This document shows, piece after piece, positions 1 to 9,864 of a stretch of 64,000 bases of DNA. The DNA is from Deltaproteobacteria bacterium (GTDB taxonomy: Bacteria > Myxococcota_A > Polyangia > JAAYKL01): assembly GCA_029565915.1 (NCBI GenBank), contig JAKQNG010000241.1, forward strand, positions 6,356-70,355. Direction: 5' to 3'. The notes beneath the pieces are model-generated. The model searched no databases. It was not told the origin of the DNA and worked only from the letters and a program-made list of their open reading frames with translations. How positions within the stretch are numbered: the first letter of the stretch is position 1; each line of letters starts with the position of its first letter. Made by a program: the position numbers and the translations under genes.

Positions 1-3000
1 GCAGCCGCTTCGCCGCGGCTGGCTTCCTCCGACAGCAGTTCCTCCAGGGCGCGGACGGCGCCATCGTGATCGGGCGCAAGCTCCAGCACTTCCCGGTAGC
101 ACTCCAGTGCCCGGGCCACATTATGAAGATGCTGTCGACACACTTCGCCCAGACGGAATTTCAGATCGATTTCATCTGATACCTGCTCCAGCCCCAATGC
201 CAGCTCCCGATCAATAATCACGGCCACATCCGACCACTTGTCCTGGCGGACATACAGGCGATCCAGCGCCGAAAGAGCCCGCTGTTCGTCACCGGCCATA
301 GCGATAATCCGGTTATAGACATCAATTGCCTTTGCCGGATCGTCGATTTCCTCCTCCCACAGCAACGCCTGATTGTAGAAAATTTCCTTTCGCTCGTCGT
401 CGTCGGCGGCCATCTCGATCCGCTTCGCGTAAATGTCGAGCAATTCCTGAAAACGACCCATCTGGGCATAGATTCGCTCCAGCGCATGAATGGCCCGGGC
501 ATTCTTGGGATCCCTGGAAAGGATTTCGTTGAAGTGCGAGAGCGCCTCTTCCGATTTGCCCAGCTCCTCGTTCATGATGCGGGCCATGTTGATGCGGAAG
601 GATGTCTTTTCGCTGCCATCCGAAGCCGCCTGCCAGGCCGTCCGATACAACTCCACAACCTCCTCCCATCGACCTGCGCTGCCGGCGGTCCGCTCCAGAT
701 CGGCCTGCGCATCTTCGTCGCCGGGGTTCTGTTCAAAGACCTTCCGGAATCCTTCAAACGCGCGATTTGCATCGCCGACTTTTTCTTCGACCAGACGGGA
801 AATCCGCTGCAGGAGCCACAATTTTTCCTGCGGGTCGTCCTCGTGTGACAGCCGCACTTCAAGCGCATTTGCAAGCTTCAGGTGTTCGCTGTCAGCCGCC
901 TCATAGACGGGGATGAGCATCTCGGCGGCCTGCAGATTGGCTTGATCGATGACCAGAATCTGCTCAATCGCACCCGTCGACTTGTCCGCTCGCTGCTTCT
1001 TATCCGCCCAGAGCTGGGCAACTTTGAAATAAATGCCAACCCGCGCAGCAACATCCAGATCGGTGCGTTCGGCCTCCCGTTCGAGCACGCGAATCAGTTC
1101 GTCCCATTTTTCTGAATCTGCATAAAAGGCTTCAAGTTCATCCCAGGCCTGCAGCGTCAGATAGCGCTTCTTCAACTGCTCCTGTGCACGGCGATCTTCC
1201 GGATCCAGGACCAGCAGCGCCTTCCAGGCTTCGACGGCCCTGGCATCGTCATTCACCTTTTCGCCATATACAACGCCCAGCTTCTGATAGATGGACTTCT
1301 GCGCTTCCGCATCCACCGTCACGGCGGCGGTCTTCTCCAGCACATCGGCGAGCTTCTGCCATTCCTTGGCGCGCTCATAGAAGCCTGCCAGATCCGTTAA
1401 TGCTTCCTGATTTTCCGGATCCAGCGCCAGCACCGCTTCCCAGTGGGGAATGCAGACTTCCGGCTTTTTCAGACGCTCCGACGACATGCGCGCGATTTCC
1501 ACCAGGGCCTCCACCCGGGCAGCATCATCCTCCATTGCATTGGCCTGCAGCTGCATCATGTCCAGCAGCCGCTTCCAATCCCTCCGCTTCTCGTACATGT
1601 CCTTCAGGAAAACAATGGCATCCGGATGCGTCGGGTCCGCTTCCAGCACCTGCTCAAACGCCTTGATTGCCTCTGCCTGATTGGAAAACTGATTCATGAA
1701 CAGATTGGCAACGCGCAGCCAGATATCCACCGCCTCGGCCTGTCCCTTGACCACTTCTCCTTTGGCCTTGAGCATCTTCACCAGATCGGGCCATCGCTCC
1801 ATTACCTGGTACTTCTCGATGCTCGCGTCCAGGGCGGGGATACAGTCGGGATACTGTTTCAGGATCGCCTGATACGTGCTGACGACAAGTGCATCCTGAC
1901 TGAGGTGTTCGCCGTAAATGGCCGCCAGCTTCATGTGCGTGGCCACGAACTTACCCGGGTCGGTTGCCTTCTTTCCAACGCGCTTCAGGAAATCTGCATA
2001 CGCGGTCCACTTGCCGGTTTCGGAATACAACCGATCCAGTGCCTCCAGAATGGCCGGATGCCCGGGATCCACGTCCCACACACTCTGCCACGCCTTGATA
2101 CCCGCATCCGCGCCGCCGTCTTCCGCCACCGTGGCCGCCGTCATCGCATCCTCCAGCGCCGGGGACACCGTGCGATCGGGTTCATACGACACCGCTGTGT
2201 GTTGCTCTTCGTTCGCCTGGGCAGTTTCTTCCAGCTGACCGTTGTTGTCCGTACCCGAATTGTTTGTCATGATGCACTCCTCGAAGAATTTCTCTGCAAC
2301 CTCGTTATGCGGCTGAAGTTCCTTTAGTCCGGCAAAATAAATTTTGGCCTTCGAAACGTTGTCCAGCGTGCGCCACCAGAGAAGCACCGCGGACTCCAGT
2401 ATTTCAATTCTGTTCGAAACCGTCTTCTGCTCAGCCACGCTCTCCACCAGCTCAACGGCAGCGCCGGTTTCATTACCGGTCAAGAACAGGTCGAGCAGAA
2501 AACCGAAAAGGCCCGGCAGATCCGGCTTCAAGCGACAGGCCTGCGTCAGAAACGGAATCGCCCGCTCCACATTGTCGTGTGCCACCATCCAGCGATAGCC
2601 GGCGTCCATGAGAAAGGCCGCCCGCGCATCACCGGATACGGTTCCAATCACCCGGGACTGGATATCCAGCAACGCGTCATCGCCGGACGACAGCAGATCT
2701 GACTCCAGCAGGATCCATGCCCCGGTCAGGGACGGATCGCACAACACGGCGCGGGACAGAAGTTCTGTCACCTCCGGCGTTCGGTCATCTCCGCCGCGGG
2801 ATGCCAGCAGCACCGCACCACGGAAAAGACGCATGGCACCATCCGTGCCCGTCAGGTCTCCGTCGATCAGTTTCCGGACCCGCTCTTCCCATGCGTCGCC
2901 GATTCGAGCGTCCGCCTGCAGAGAACGCGCCTGCACATCCTGCGGCAGAAGGGAGAGGATTTCGTCACAGACATCACCCAGCGCGTCCAGTTCGCCGGTC

Positions 3001-3359
3001 ACCATCAGGTATTGCACATACAGGCGGAGCAGTCGTACCCGCTCTTCCTGGACCGTCAACGAAAGCTGCAGCGCAAACGGAAACAGCCTCTGCATCGGTG
3101 TGATGCGACCGATGCTCCAGTATATGCGCAGCGATTCAATCAGTGCAGGCAGGCTGGAGGGATCAAATTTGAAGGCCTGCTGATAATGCGACAGCGACTT
3201 GATCCGCTGCAGGTAGTGACGTTCCCAGAGTCCGGCGATCTCCAAATGCAGCGCAGCGGCACGCGCCGGTTCCTTCTGCGCCTCCAGAGTAGTCTCGAGA
3301 TGCTGAATGTATTCTTTCCAGGTAAGGAATCCGCTGTGCCCGGTGCTCTCGTTTGCCAT
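1..3359 (-). CDS. Very large TPR / all-helical repeat protein, partial (>=1119 codons in window; 3' end runs off the left edge)
   Basis: Absent from the ORF track because it is open at the window edge. Hand translation of the reverse strand from ATG 3359-3357 (MANESTGHSGFLTWKEYIQHLETTLEAQKEPARAAALHLEIAGLWERH..) stays open through the in-frame Met at 2270 (..EECIMTNNSGTDNNGQLEE..) to base 1. No stop-bounded minus ORF is listed between 874 and 3140. Repeated 35-40 aa units of the type W..L..LYE...D...A...YE.IL..DP.N..AL..L. Confidence 0.75.
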   Translation of the reverse strand, partial: MANESTGHSGFLTWKEYIQHLETTLEAQKEPARAAALHLEIAGLWERHYLQRIKSLSHYQQAFKFDPSSLPALIESLRIYWSIGRITPMQRLFPFALQLSLTVQEERVRLLRLYVQYLMVTGELDALGDVCDEILSLLPQDVQARSLQADARIGDAWEERVRKLIDGDLTGTDGAMRLFRGAVLLASRGGDDRTPEVTELLSRAVLCDPSLTGAWILLESDLLSSGDDALLDIQSRVIGTVSGDARAAFLMDAGYRWMVAHDNVERAIPFLTQACRLKPDLPGLFGFLLDLFLTGNETGAAVELVESVAEQKTVSNRIEILESAVLLWWRTLDNVSKAKIYFAGLKELQPHNEVAEKFFEECIMTNNSGTDNNGQLEETAQANEEQHTAVSYEPDRTVSPALEDAMTAATVAEDGGADAGIKAWQSVWDVDPGHPAILEALDRLYSETGKWTAYADFLKRVGKKATDPGKFVATHMKLAAIYGEHLSQDALVVSTYQAILKQYPDCIPALDASIEKYQVMERWPDLVKMLKAKGEVVKGQAEAVDIWLRVANLFMNQFSNQAEAIKAFEQVLEADPTHPDAIVFLKDMYEKRRDWKRLLDMMQLQANAMEDDAARVEALVEIARMSSERLKKPEVCIPHWEAVLALDPENQEALTDLAGFYERAKEWQKLADVLEKTAAVTVDAEAQKSIYQKLGVVYGEKVNDDARAVEAWKALLVLDPEDRRAQEQLKKRYLTLQAWDELEAFYADSEKWDELIRVLEREAERTDLDVAARVGIYFKVAQLWADKKQRADKSTGAIEQILVIDQANLQAAEMLIPVYEAADSEHLKLANALEVRLSHEDDPQEKLWLLQRISRLVEEKVGDANRAFEGFRKVFEQNPGDEDAQADLERTAGSAGRWEEVVELYRTAWQAASDGSEKTSFRINMARIMNEELGKSEEALSHFNEILSRDPKNARAIHALERIYAQMGRFQELLDIYAKRIEMAADDDERKEIFYNQALLWEEEIDDPAKAIDVYNRIIAMAGDEQRALSALDRLYVRQDKWSDVAVIIDRELALGLEQVSDEIDLKFRLGEVCRQHLHNVARALECYREVLELAPDHDGAVRALEELLSEEASRGEAA

Positions 3360-3410
3360 ACAGCCCTGCAACGTGTACCTGAGGGTTTTCCCTCCTCTGC
3401 CGAAAACCGA

Positions 3411-4292
3411 CTACTGGTCGTGAATCGGCGAGCCGAGTTCGATCTCCATGAGACGCGCCTGCGCTGCCCCGAGATAATCCGGCGGTGTGTCCTTCGTTGC
3501 AGATTCAACAAAGCGCTGGAGCCAGATCTTCGCGTTTTCCACATTCACAAACGAGTAACTCCATCCGAGGCTGAACATGGCATCCACCATGTCCGGTTTG
3601 AGATCGAGCGCCTTTCGGAACTCCGCGATGGCCGCATCGTGTTCCTTCTTCTCGGAATATACGGCGCCCAGTCGCGAATGGAGCACCGCCAGTTCATCCC
3701 CGCGCCCGACCAGCGCGTTGATTCCTTCTTTGAAGACCTGCTCTGCCTGCGGAACAAAATCGTAATCCAGGTAAAGGCTTCCCAATTCGCGATAGGCGTC
3801 AAAGAACTTGCCGTTGGCATTGATGGCGTCCGTGAACTTCTGCATCGCCTTCTGGGGTTGATCCATCGCCGCGTAGACCACGCCGAGACGATAGTGCGCC
3901 TTGTACAGTCCGGGCTCCAGCTCCACCGATTTCAGGAATGCCTGTTCGGCGCGTTCCCACTGCTTCATCCACTGATACACTTCGCCGAGCTGATAGTAGT
4001 ACATCGAAATGTCGCCCGTGAGGCTGATGGCCTGCTGCAGGTGGTGGGCTGCCTGTTCGTATTCCTTGGTTTCGATGTATACGATGGCCAGGTTGTGATG
4101 GGCCTTTTCATTTTCCGGATCGAGACTTACAGCTTTGTTGCAATCGCGGATCGCCTGAGGAAACAGCTTGCGTCGATGATACTCGACACACTGATTCATC
4201 ATTTCCACCGAATGTACGTGTTCCCGACTGCATTTGGCGCCAGTCAGCAGCGTTGCCAGCGCACAGAGTGCCAAAATCAGCTTCTTGCTCAT
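3411..4292 (-). CDS. Secreted TPR-repeat protein
   Basis: ORF 3411..4382. Preferred start is ATG 4292 (MSKKLILALCALATLLTGAKC, signal-like), preceded by AGGAG. Multiple TPR-like units (AIRDCNKAVSLDPENEKAHHNLAIVY, AEQAFLKSVELEPGLYKAHYRLGVVY, AIAEFRKALDLKPDMVDAMFSLGW). Confidence 0.7.
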   Translation of the reverse strand: MSKKLILALCALATLLTGAKCSREHVHSVEMMNQCVEYHRRKLFPQAIRDCNKAVSLDPENEKAHHNLAIVYIETKEYEQAAHHLQQAISLTGDISMYYYQLGEVYQWMKQWERAEQAFLKSVELEPGLYKAHYRLGVVYAAMDQPQKAMQKFTDAINANGKFFDAYRELGSLYLDYDFVPQAEQVFKEGINALVGRGDELAVLHSRLGAVYSEKKEHDAAIAEFRKALDLKPDMVDAMFSLGWSYSFVNVENAKIWLQRFVESATKDTPPDYLGAAQARLMEIELGSPIHDQ

Positions 4293-4406
4293 GGGTTTAC
4301 TCCTGTCCTTAGAAACGTGAAACGACGATTGAAACAGATGAGAATAGTAGAGAAAGCGATGGGCGATGTAAACCCTTTTCATTCTATAAATAGAATGAGA
4401 AATCGC

Positions 4407-5162
4407 TCACACGGACGGGTGTCCCGTTTTTCCGAGTTTGACAATTTTCCCTGACCCATCGTGCTTGTATCCATCCGGCAGCAGGTCCGGAATCTTTTTC
4501 TTGTAACCGGAAGTGGACCAGGAAAGGTCTGCAAACGATTCAATTGCCTGATTGCGGACCCGCAGGCTTTCGTCCTCACACATGGTCTTCAGCAGCGGTT
4601 CTCTTGCCAGCTCATTGCCGTGGTGGGCCAGCGCGACGACGGTCTGAAAGCGGACAGTTTCGTTGACGTCTTCCAGAAAGCGCAGCAGTGCCCTCGTCAC
4701 CGGCTCTTCAACAATTTCACCGAGGGCCATGATCGTCTGCATCTTCCGATCGGGGTTGCGCTCATACTCTGTGTCAAAATCGTTGAGGACGCTGAGCAGT
4801 TCATCCCGATACTCGTCCTTTGACACCGTATTTCGCAATATCCGCTGAACCCAGTTGACCGATTCGGCGGATCGCAGCGCGCGGCAGACATGGGGGCGTG
4901 CCCGATCGCCAATCTGGATGAGCGTTTCCGAAACCCATTCTTTTTCTTTTTCGTCTTCAATGGACGGCTCTGCAATAATCGAGAACCGCGCCAGCAGCCC
5001 TGCAATGGCAACCGGATCGCCCTTTCTGGCTTCATCCATCACTTCGTATAGGGCAGCCTGGCGATAGTCCTTGGGCGTGTGGCGGTTGTTTGCGCGCCGG
5101 ATATTGCCCTCGAGGCGACGCCGGTGCCGATTCTCTTTTGAGAAATAAGAAAATATACCCAT
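4407..5162 (-). CDS. HEAT-repeat-like helical protein
   Basis: 251 aa with helical repeats in a HEAT/PBS-lyase-like pattern (VRFQTVVALAHHGNELAREPLLKTMCEDESLRVRNQAIESFADL). GGGAG lies ~10 nt upstream of ATG 5162. Confidence 0.55.
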   Translation of the reverse strand: MGIFSYFSKENRHRRRLEGNIRRANNRHTPKDYRQAALYEVMDEARKGDPVAIAGLLARFSIIAEPSIEDEKEKEWVSETLIQIGDRARPHVCRALRSAESVNWVQRILRNTVSKDEYRDELLSVLNDFDTEYERNPDRKMQTIMALGEIVEEPVTRALLRFLEDVNETVRFQTVVALAHHGNELAREPLLKTMCEDESLRVRNQAIESFADLSWSTSGYKKKIPDLLPDGYKHDGSGKIVKLGKTGHPSV

Positions 5163-5207
5163 GTGATTGTTGCTCCCGCGAATGTCGAACGCGACGGAAT
5201 GAGTGGA

Positions 5208-6428
5208 TCAGGTTTCGTCTTCGCTGGATTCTTCCTGATCAGTAAAGACGTTCACCAGCTGGTTGATCCGGTAGCTGAGGCCGCCGACTTCGGCGGACTC
5301 CACATCAAAGCGATAATCGTATTCGCCATTGATGATCTTCAGCAGCCCTTCTTCGATGGCCATGACGGGTTTCATGAAATAGTTGCCCAGGAGGTAGCCG
5401 ATGACGATGACCAGCAGCACACCGAGTGCCACGATCAGCAGATACACATACAATGGTTTTGTGTAGCTGCGGGCCCCGTCGACGGATTCCATGAACAGAT
5501 AACCGATGGCATCCCGCGCAGACGACGTCGACACGGGTGCTGCCACTGCCAGGTACTGTTCAGTTCCGACGGTCAGGGGAAACACCTCGGACGGCGCACC
5601 GCTGCTGAACGCCCTGCGCATCCGGAGGGCCACATCACTTCCCTTGATCACCTTGTTCAGATGCTGGCGGGCAGTGTCTCCCATGAGCGACGTGCTGTAA
5701 ACCTCCCCGGCGTGAATGACGGCCAGTTCCATGGCGATGGACGCCGCTTTCTCCGCCGCAGCACCGTTGGACACTTCGAATCCCACTGCCAGGACGCCGG
5801 CCACCTGATCATCCCTGCCCCAGACGGGAGCCGCAGAAAATTCCAGAAGGCCGGCGCTCATCATGGAACAGAGATGCCCTTCTCCTTTGCTCTTGTTGTC
5901 AAAAGGTGACCCGTCCACGGACCAGATGCTGAAGTTCGCTTCGCCATCGAGGGCCTTCTGCACCACATCCATGCCATGGGCCACGTTGCGACCCGCGGGA
6001 CATGCGTTGGGTGTGGTGTTGCGGGCCAGGACGACGCCGTTTCGATCCGTGATGAACACGATGGCCGGTTTCCGCCCTTCCCCCATCAGCTCAGACGCCA
6101 CGGTTTCCACGGCCTGAACGGTCTTGCGGAACCAGGTATCCCGGATGCGCCGGTCAAATGCCTCCCGGGTTTCCCCTTCTGCCATCTGCACATCCAGTTC
6201 CTGAAACACATCTGACACCGCGCGGCCCATGGACAACCGCCGGACCGCAGCGAGCTGCTCATATCCCCTCATGGCCTCCGCGCGATCAAATAGCCCGGCG
6301 ACAACGGGCAGGTTCTGTTTCAGGGCCTCATCGGAACGGGCGGCCAGCGCCGACGACAGAAACAGATATCCGCCAACGCCGACCAGCAGCAGCGCCAGCA
6401 GATGGGGAAAGATGATTTTTGCTCGCAT
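5208..6428 (-). CDS. Membrane sensor with periplasmic domain and HAMP domain, no transmitter/output domain
   Basis: 406 aa. N-terminal TM (IIFPHLLALLLVGVGGYLFLSSALA), a ~300-aa extracytoplasmic region, a second TM (LYVYLLIVALGVLLVIVIGYLL), then a HAMP-like segment (KPVMAIEEGLLKIINGEYDYRFDVESAEVGGLSYRINQLVNVF) ending in an acidic tail DQEESSEDET. AAGGGAG precedes ATG 6428. Confidence 0.65.
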   Translation of the reverse strand: MRAKIIFPHLLALLLVGVGGYLFLSSALAARSDEALKQNLPVVAGLFDRAEAMRGYEQLAAVRRLSMGRAVSDVFQELDVQMAEGETREAFDRRIRDTWFRKTVQAVETVASELMGEGRKPAIVFITDRNGVVLARNTTPNACPAGRNVAHGMDVVQKALDGEANFSIWSVDGSPFDNKSKGEGHLCSMMSAGLLEFSAAPVWGRDDQVAGVLAVGFEVSNGAAAEKAASIAMELAVIHAGEVYSTSLMGDTARQHLNKVIKGSDVALRMRRAFSSGAPSEVFPLTVGTEQYLAVAAPVSTSSARDAIGYLFMESVDGARSYTKPLYVYLLIVALGVLLVIVIGYLLGNYFMKPVMAIEEGLLKIINGEYDYRFDVESAEVGGLSYRINQLVNVFTDQEESSEDET

Positions 6429-6606
6429 GATACTCCCTTTCTCGAAGAAGCAGCCCGGGAAATCTATGAAACCATTGATAACATTATAAGTTTTGACGCT
6501 CTGGGACTATCATTTCAATGAAGACGCGTCAAGGATGTTCAAGTGGTGCGCGGCTGATGCTACCATGGTGCGGTGCCCATTCGTCACTTCACGGAAAAGG
6601 ACAGCC

Positions 6607-7644
6607 ATGCCCCCTGCCGTCGTCATACAGGAACACTTCAAGGAACACTGCAGCCAGTACACCCATCCCGAACGCCCCGAGCGAATCGACGCCGTCCGTG
6701 CCGGGTTGGCAAGGGGCGGCATCACCGATGAGATGATCATTGCAAACTGTTCGGCGGCGATCACCTCGCTCGAACGCATCCATGATCCGGCGTACATTCG
6801 AAAAACGCTGGACGAGATTGACGGCAAGTGGGGGAACCTGGACGGAGATACGTTTTTCTCTCCGGGAACACGGGCAGCGGCGCTGGACGCGGCGGGCGGC
6901 ACAACCGCCCTGGCTCGCATGGTCCAGCGGGGAGAAGCCGACTGGGGATTCGCCGCAGTCAGGCCGCCGGGCCATCACGCGACTGCCCGCAGAGCCTGCG
7001 GTTTCTGCATATTCAACAACATCGCGCTGGCCGCCGCTGACCTGCTGGCGGAAACCGACGCAAAACGGGTGGCCATCTTCGACTGGGATGTCCATCACGG
7101 CAACGGCACGCAGGACATCTTTTATGACCGCCCCGATGTGCTGTATGTGTCCATCCACCAGTGGCCCCATTTTCCCGGTTCCGGACTGGTCGGTGAAACC
7201 GGCCGGGGTTCGGGCACCGGGACCACCATCAATCTGCCCTTTCCAGCCGGTGCAACGGACGCGGACTACCGGGCCGCCATGACCGATGTAGTGATTCCCG
7301 CCATGGAGCGGTTCCGGCCAGACCACATTCTCGTCAGCGCGGGTTACGATGCCCACCGGGAGGATTTTCTGGGCGGCATGCTGCTCTCCTCGCGCATGTT
7401 CGGCGAAATGGCCGCCCGGCTGAAGCAGCTGGCGGATGGAATCTGCAAAGGGCGGATGACACTTGCCCTGGAAGGCGGATATCACCTGGAGGCACTCGCA
7501 GACAGCGTCTGTGAAACCATCCGGGGCCTCTTTGACCCCCGTATCCCCGAGTGCCCTCCATATCCTCCGGGGGCCGGGGTCCGGCGGATACTTGACGCTG
7601 TCCGACGGGAAATCTCCCTGCCCGGCAACGGATTTCCAGAATAA
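6607..7644 (+). CDS. Histone deacetylase-family (class II HDAC / acetylpolyamine amidohydrolase-like) deacylase
   Basis: Motifs HPERPERI, RPPGHHA, GFCIFNNIA, DWDVHHGNGTQ, SAGYDAH, EGGY. ATG 6607 (MPPAVVIQEH..) with upstream AAGGA is preferred over the TTG at 6493 used by the track. Confidence 0.85.
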   Translation: MPPAVVIQEHFKEHCSQYTHPERPERIDAVRAGLARGGITDEMIIANCSAAITSLERIHDPAYIRKTLDEIDGKWGNLDGDTFFSPGTRAAALDAAGGTTALARMVQRGEADWGFAAVRPPGHHATARRACGFCIFNNIALAAADLLAETDAKRVAIFDWDVHHGNGTQDIFYDRPDVLYVSIHQWPHFPGSGLVGETGRGSGTGTTINLPFPAGATDADYRAAMTDVVIPAMERFRPDHILVSAGYDAHREDFLGGMLLSSRMFGEMAARLKQLADGICKGRMTLALEGGYHLEALADSVCETIRGLFDPRIPECPPYPPGAGVRRILDAVRREISLPGNGFPE

Positions 7645-7664
7645 ACTTCGTGAATCAATATTTA

Positions 7665-7693
7665 TTGCAGCCCGTTTGAAATCGATCTATAAT
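7665..7693 (+). promoter_or_regulatory. Sigma70-like promoter candidate (-35 TTGCAG, 17-nt spacer, -10 TATAAT)
   Basis: TTGCAG at 7665-7670 and a perfect TATAAT at 7688-7693, inside an AT-rich intergenic stretch ~60 nt upstream of the 7755 start. Confidence 0.4.
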
Positions 7694-7754
7694 CCCGCGG
7701 TATTGCGCTGATTTCATTACTATATTCATGAAGTCGACGCGTGGAGGTACTGTC

Positions 7755-8312
7755 ATGATTCGTTTCTTCATTGATGTATTCCGGAACGCACCCGGTCCGT
7801 TCAAGAAACCGCGTATCCTCGTCGCCGATATTTCCGAGGAACTGCTCGATTTGATCAAGAGCCGCATCGCCGGTCCTACGTCCGGTACCGCGGCCCCCTG
7901 CCCGGACTGCGGTGGACGCTCACCTGCGAAGGATTCAACATCGCCGACGGACCCGCCTGCCCCTGCAGCCGCCTCCGCCGGAAAAAACAATACCCTGCCC
8001 GCAGTGGACCCGCGATTGCGCACGGCCCTTTCGTCACCGGCGAACCTGAAAAAGCAGACCTTCAAGGTACTGGCCATTCTGTGGGATGTCCATTGCCGGA
8101 ATCCCCGCCCCCTCTCCGCCAAGGAAGTCTCCACCCACGGAAAGGAAGCGCTGGGGCTGCAGATTCTTCACGAAAACGTGCGCAAGGTCATCCGGATGAA
8201 ACTGGAGCCGTGGGTGACTGTGCAGACCGAGGGAAAGGGCAACAGCTCGATCTACCGCTACGTGATTTCCGATGAAGGCGTCCGCTATTTCGAAAAACAC
8301 TATCTGTCATGA
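7755..8312 (+). CDS. Hypothetical protein; C-terminal region looks like a winged-helix DNA-binding fold
   Basis: ORF 7728..8312; ATG 7755 follows GGAGG. GC3-rich codon usage. N-terminus KKPRILVADISEELLDLIKSRI, a Pro/Ala/Ser linker, then C-terminus QTFKVLAILWDVHCRNPRPLSAKEVS..IYRYVISDEGVRYFEKH. Confidence 0.45.
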   Translation: MIRFFIDVFRNAPGPFKKPRILVADISEELLDLIKSRIAGPTSGTAAPCPDCGGRSPAKDSTSPTDPPAPAAASAGKNNTLPAVDPRLRTALSSPANLKKQTFKVLAILWDVHCRNPRPLSAKEVSTHGKEALGLQILHENVRKVIRMKLEPWVTVQTEGKGNSSIYRYVISDEGVRYFEKHYLS

Positions 8313-8328
8313 ACAACCGGGGAATACT

Positions 8329-9858
8329 GTGACTGACCAGCATTCAAAATTCAATTATGTCACCCTCGACACGAGTACATCCCAGTCTGAGATCTCCCGC
8401 ATTCTCGTGGTGGACGACGAAAAGGTCATCCGGGAAATTCTGGCCGACTTTCTGACCCTGGAAGGGTTTGACGTGACCACCGCACCGGACGGCGCCGCCG
8501 CCATCGAGCGGCTGTCCGAGTCGTCTTTCAACATGGTGATCTCCGATCTGAAGATGCCCAACATGGGCGGACTCGAGCTGCTGGAATACATTCAGGAGCA
8601 CCACGAAAACCTCCTGACGGTCATCATGACCGGCTTCGGCACAGTGGAAACCGCCATCGAAGCCATGAAAAAAGGCGCCTACGATTACATCCTGAAACCG
8701 TTCAAGGTTGAAGAAGTCGTCCACATTGTCCAGCGGGGAATGGAAAAGCAGCGCCTCATTTCGGAAAACGTACGGCTGAAGGAAATCCTGTCCCTGCACC
8801 AGCTCTCTGAAGAGCTGCAGGCCACCCTTTCGCTGGACGCCATCATCGAATCCATCCTCAGCACCCTCATCCGCAATCTGGACTGCGATTTCGTCGGCCT
8901 GAACCTGCGGGACAAGCACACCGACCGATTCACGATCGAAAGCCGGCAGATTCACCCGCGGGCGAAATCCGATGTGTTCGGCGTCCAGCTGAATATCGAG
9001 GCCATCGTAAAGGAAATCAGGGCGCGACGGACCATCCTGGCAAGGAATGAAGATGCGGAAGCATATTTTGACGTGCCGCCGAAGAACCTCACGTCGTTCA
9101 TGGTAAGCCCCCTGGTTGCCCGCCAGGAGGACATCGGCTTCCTGACAGCGTTCACCTGCGATCAGGATTCCCACTTCACCATCGGTAAGCGCAAAATGAT
9201 GGAAATTCTGGGCTCCCGTACGGCCGCCGCCATTGACAATGCGGAACTGTACGGAGGCCTGAAGCAGTCCTTCAACCAGACGATCCTCGCCCTGGCTCGC
9301 GCCCTCGAAGCCATGGACACCTATACCGCCGGCCACTCCGACCGGGTCACCATCTATTCCAAGATCACCGGCGCCGCCCTCGGTCTGTCAGAGGCAGACC
9401 TCGAAATCGTGACACAGGCGGCCATGCTGCACGACATCGGCAAGCTGGGCTGTCACACGAACCTCAACAAACCGGGCAAACTGACCGACGAAGAATACGA
9501 AATCTTCAAATTGCATCCCACCTTCGGCAAACAGATCCTGGAGCCCATCGAATTCCTGCACAAGCTGATTCCCGGCGTGGAGTTCCACCACGAACGGTGG
9601 GACGGCAACGGCTACCCGACAGGTCTCCGGGGCGAACACATCCCGCTGGTCGCCCGGATTCTCTCGGTGGCGGACGCCTACGATGCGATGACATCTGATC
9701 GCGCCTACCGCAAAGCCCTGCGGCACGAGTCGGCGGTGGAGGAAATCAAGCGCTATTGCGGAACCCAGTTCGATCCGGACGTGGCCATCGCCTTTCTCGA
9801 AGGCATCGAATCCTACCGCTCCCGCTGCGTTGAGCGCGGCATCCCCATTCCGGACTGA
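8329..9858 (+). CDS. Response regulator with GAF-like middle domain and HD-GYP phosphodiesterase domain (RpfG-type, c-di-GMP)
   Basis: REC motifs (ILVVDDEKVIREIL, MVISDLKMPNMGG, ILKPF). HD-GYP motifs (HSDRV, HDIGK, HHERWDGNGYP). GTG 8329 after GGGGA is preferred because the 8272 start overlaps the upstream gene. Confidence 0.85.
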   Translation: MTDQHSKFNYVTLDTSTSQSEISRILVVDDEKVIREILADFLTLEGFDVTTAPDGAAAIERLSESSFNMVISDLKMPNMGGLELLEYIQEHHENLLTVIMTGFGTVETAIEAMKKGAYDYILKPFKVEEVVHIVQRGMEKQRLISENVRLKEILSLHQLSEELQATLSLDAIIESILSTLIRNLDCDFVGLNLRDKHTDRFTIESRQIHPRAKSDVFGVQLNIEAIVKEIRARRTILARNEDAEAYFDVPPKNLTSFMVSPLVARQEDIGFLTAFTCDQDSHFTIGKRKMMEILGSRTAAAIDNAELYGGLKQSFNQTILALARALEAMDTYTAGHSDRVTIYSKITGAALGLSEADLEIVTQAAMLHDIGKLGCHTNLNKPGKLTDEEYEIFKLHPTFGKQILEPIEFLHKLIPGVEFHHERWDGNGYPTGLRGEHIPLVARILSVADAYDAMTSDRAYRKALRHESAVEEIKRYCGTQFDPDVAIAFLEGIESYRSRCVERGIPIPD

Positions 9859-9864
9859 CACGCC

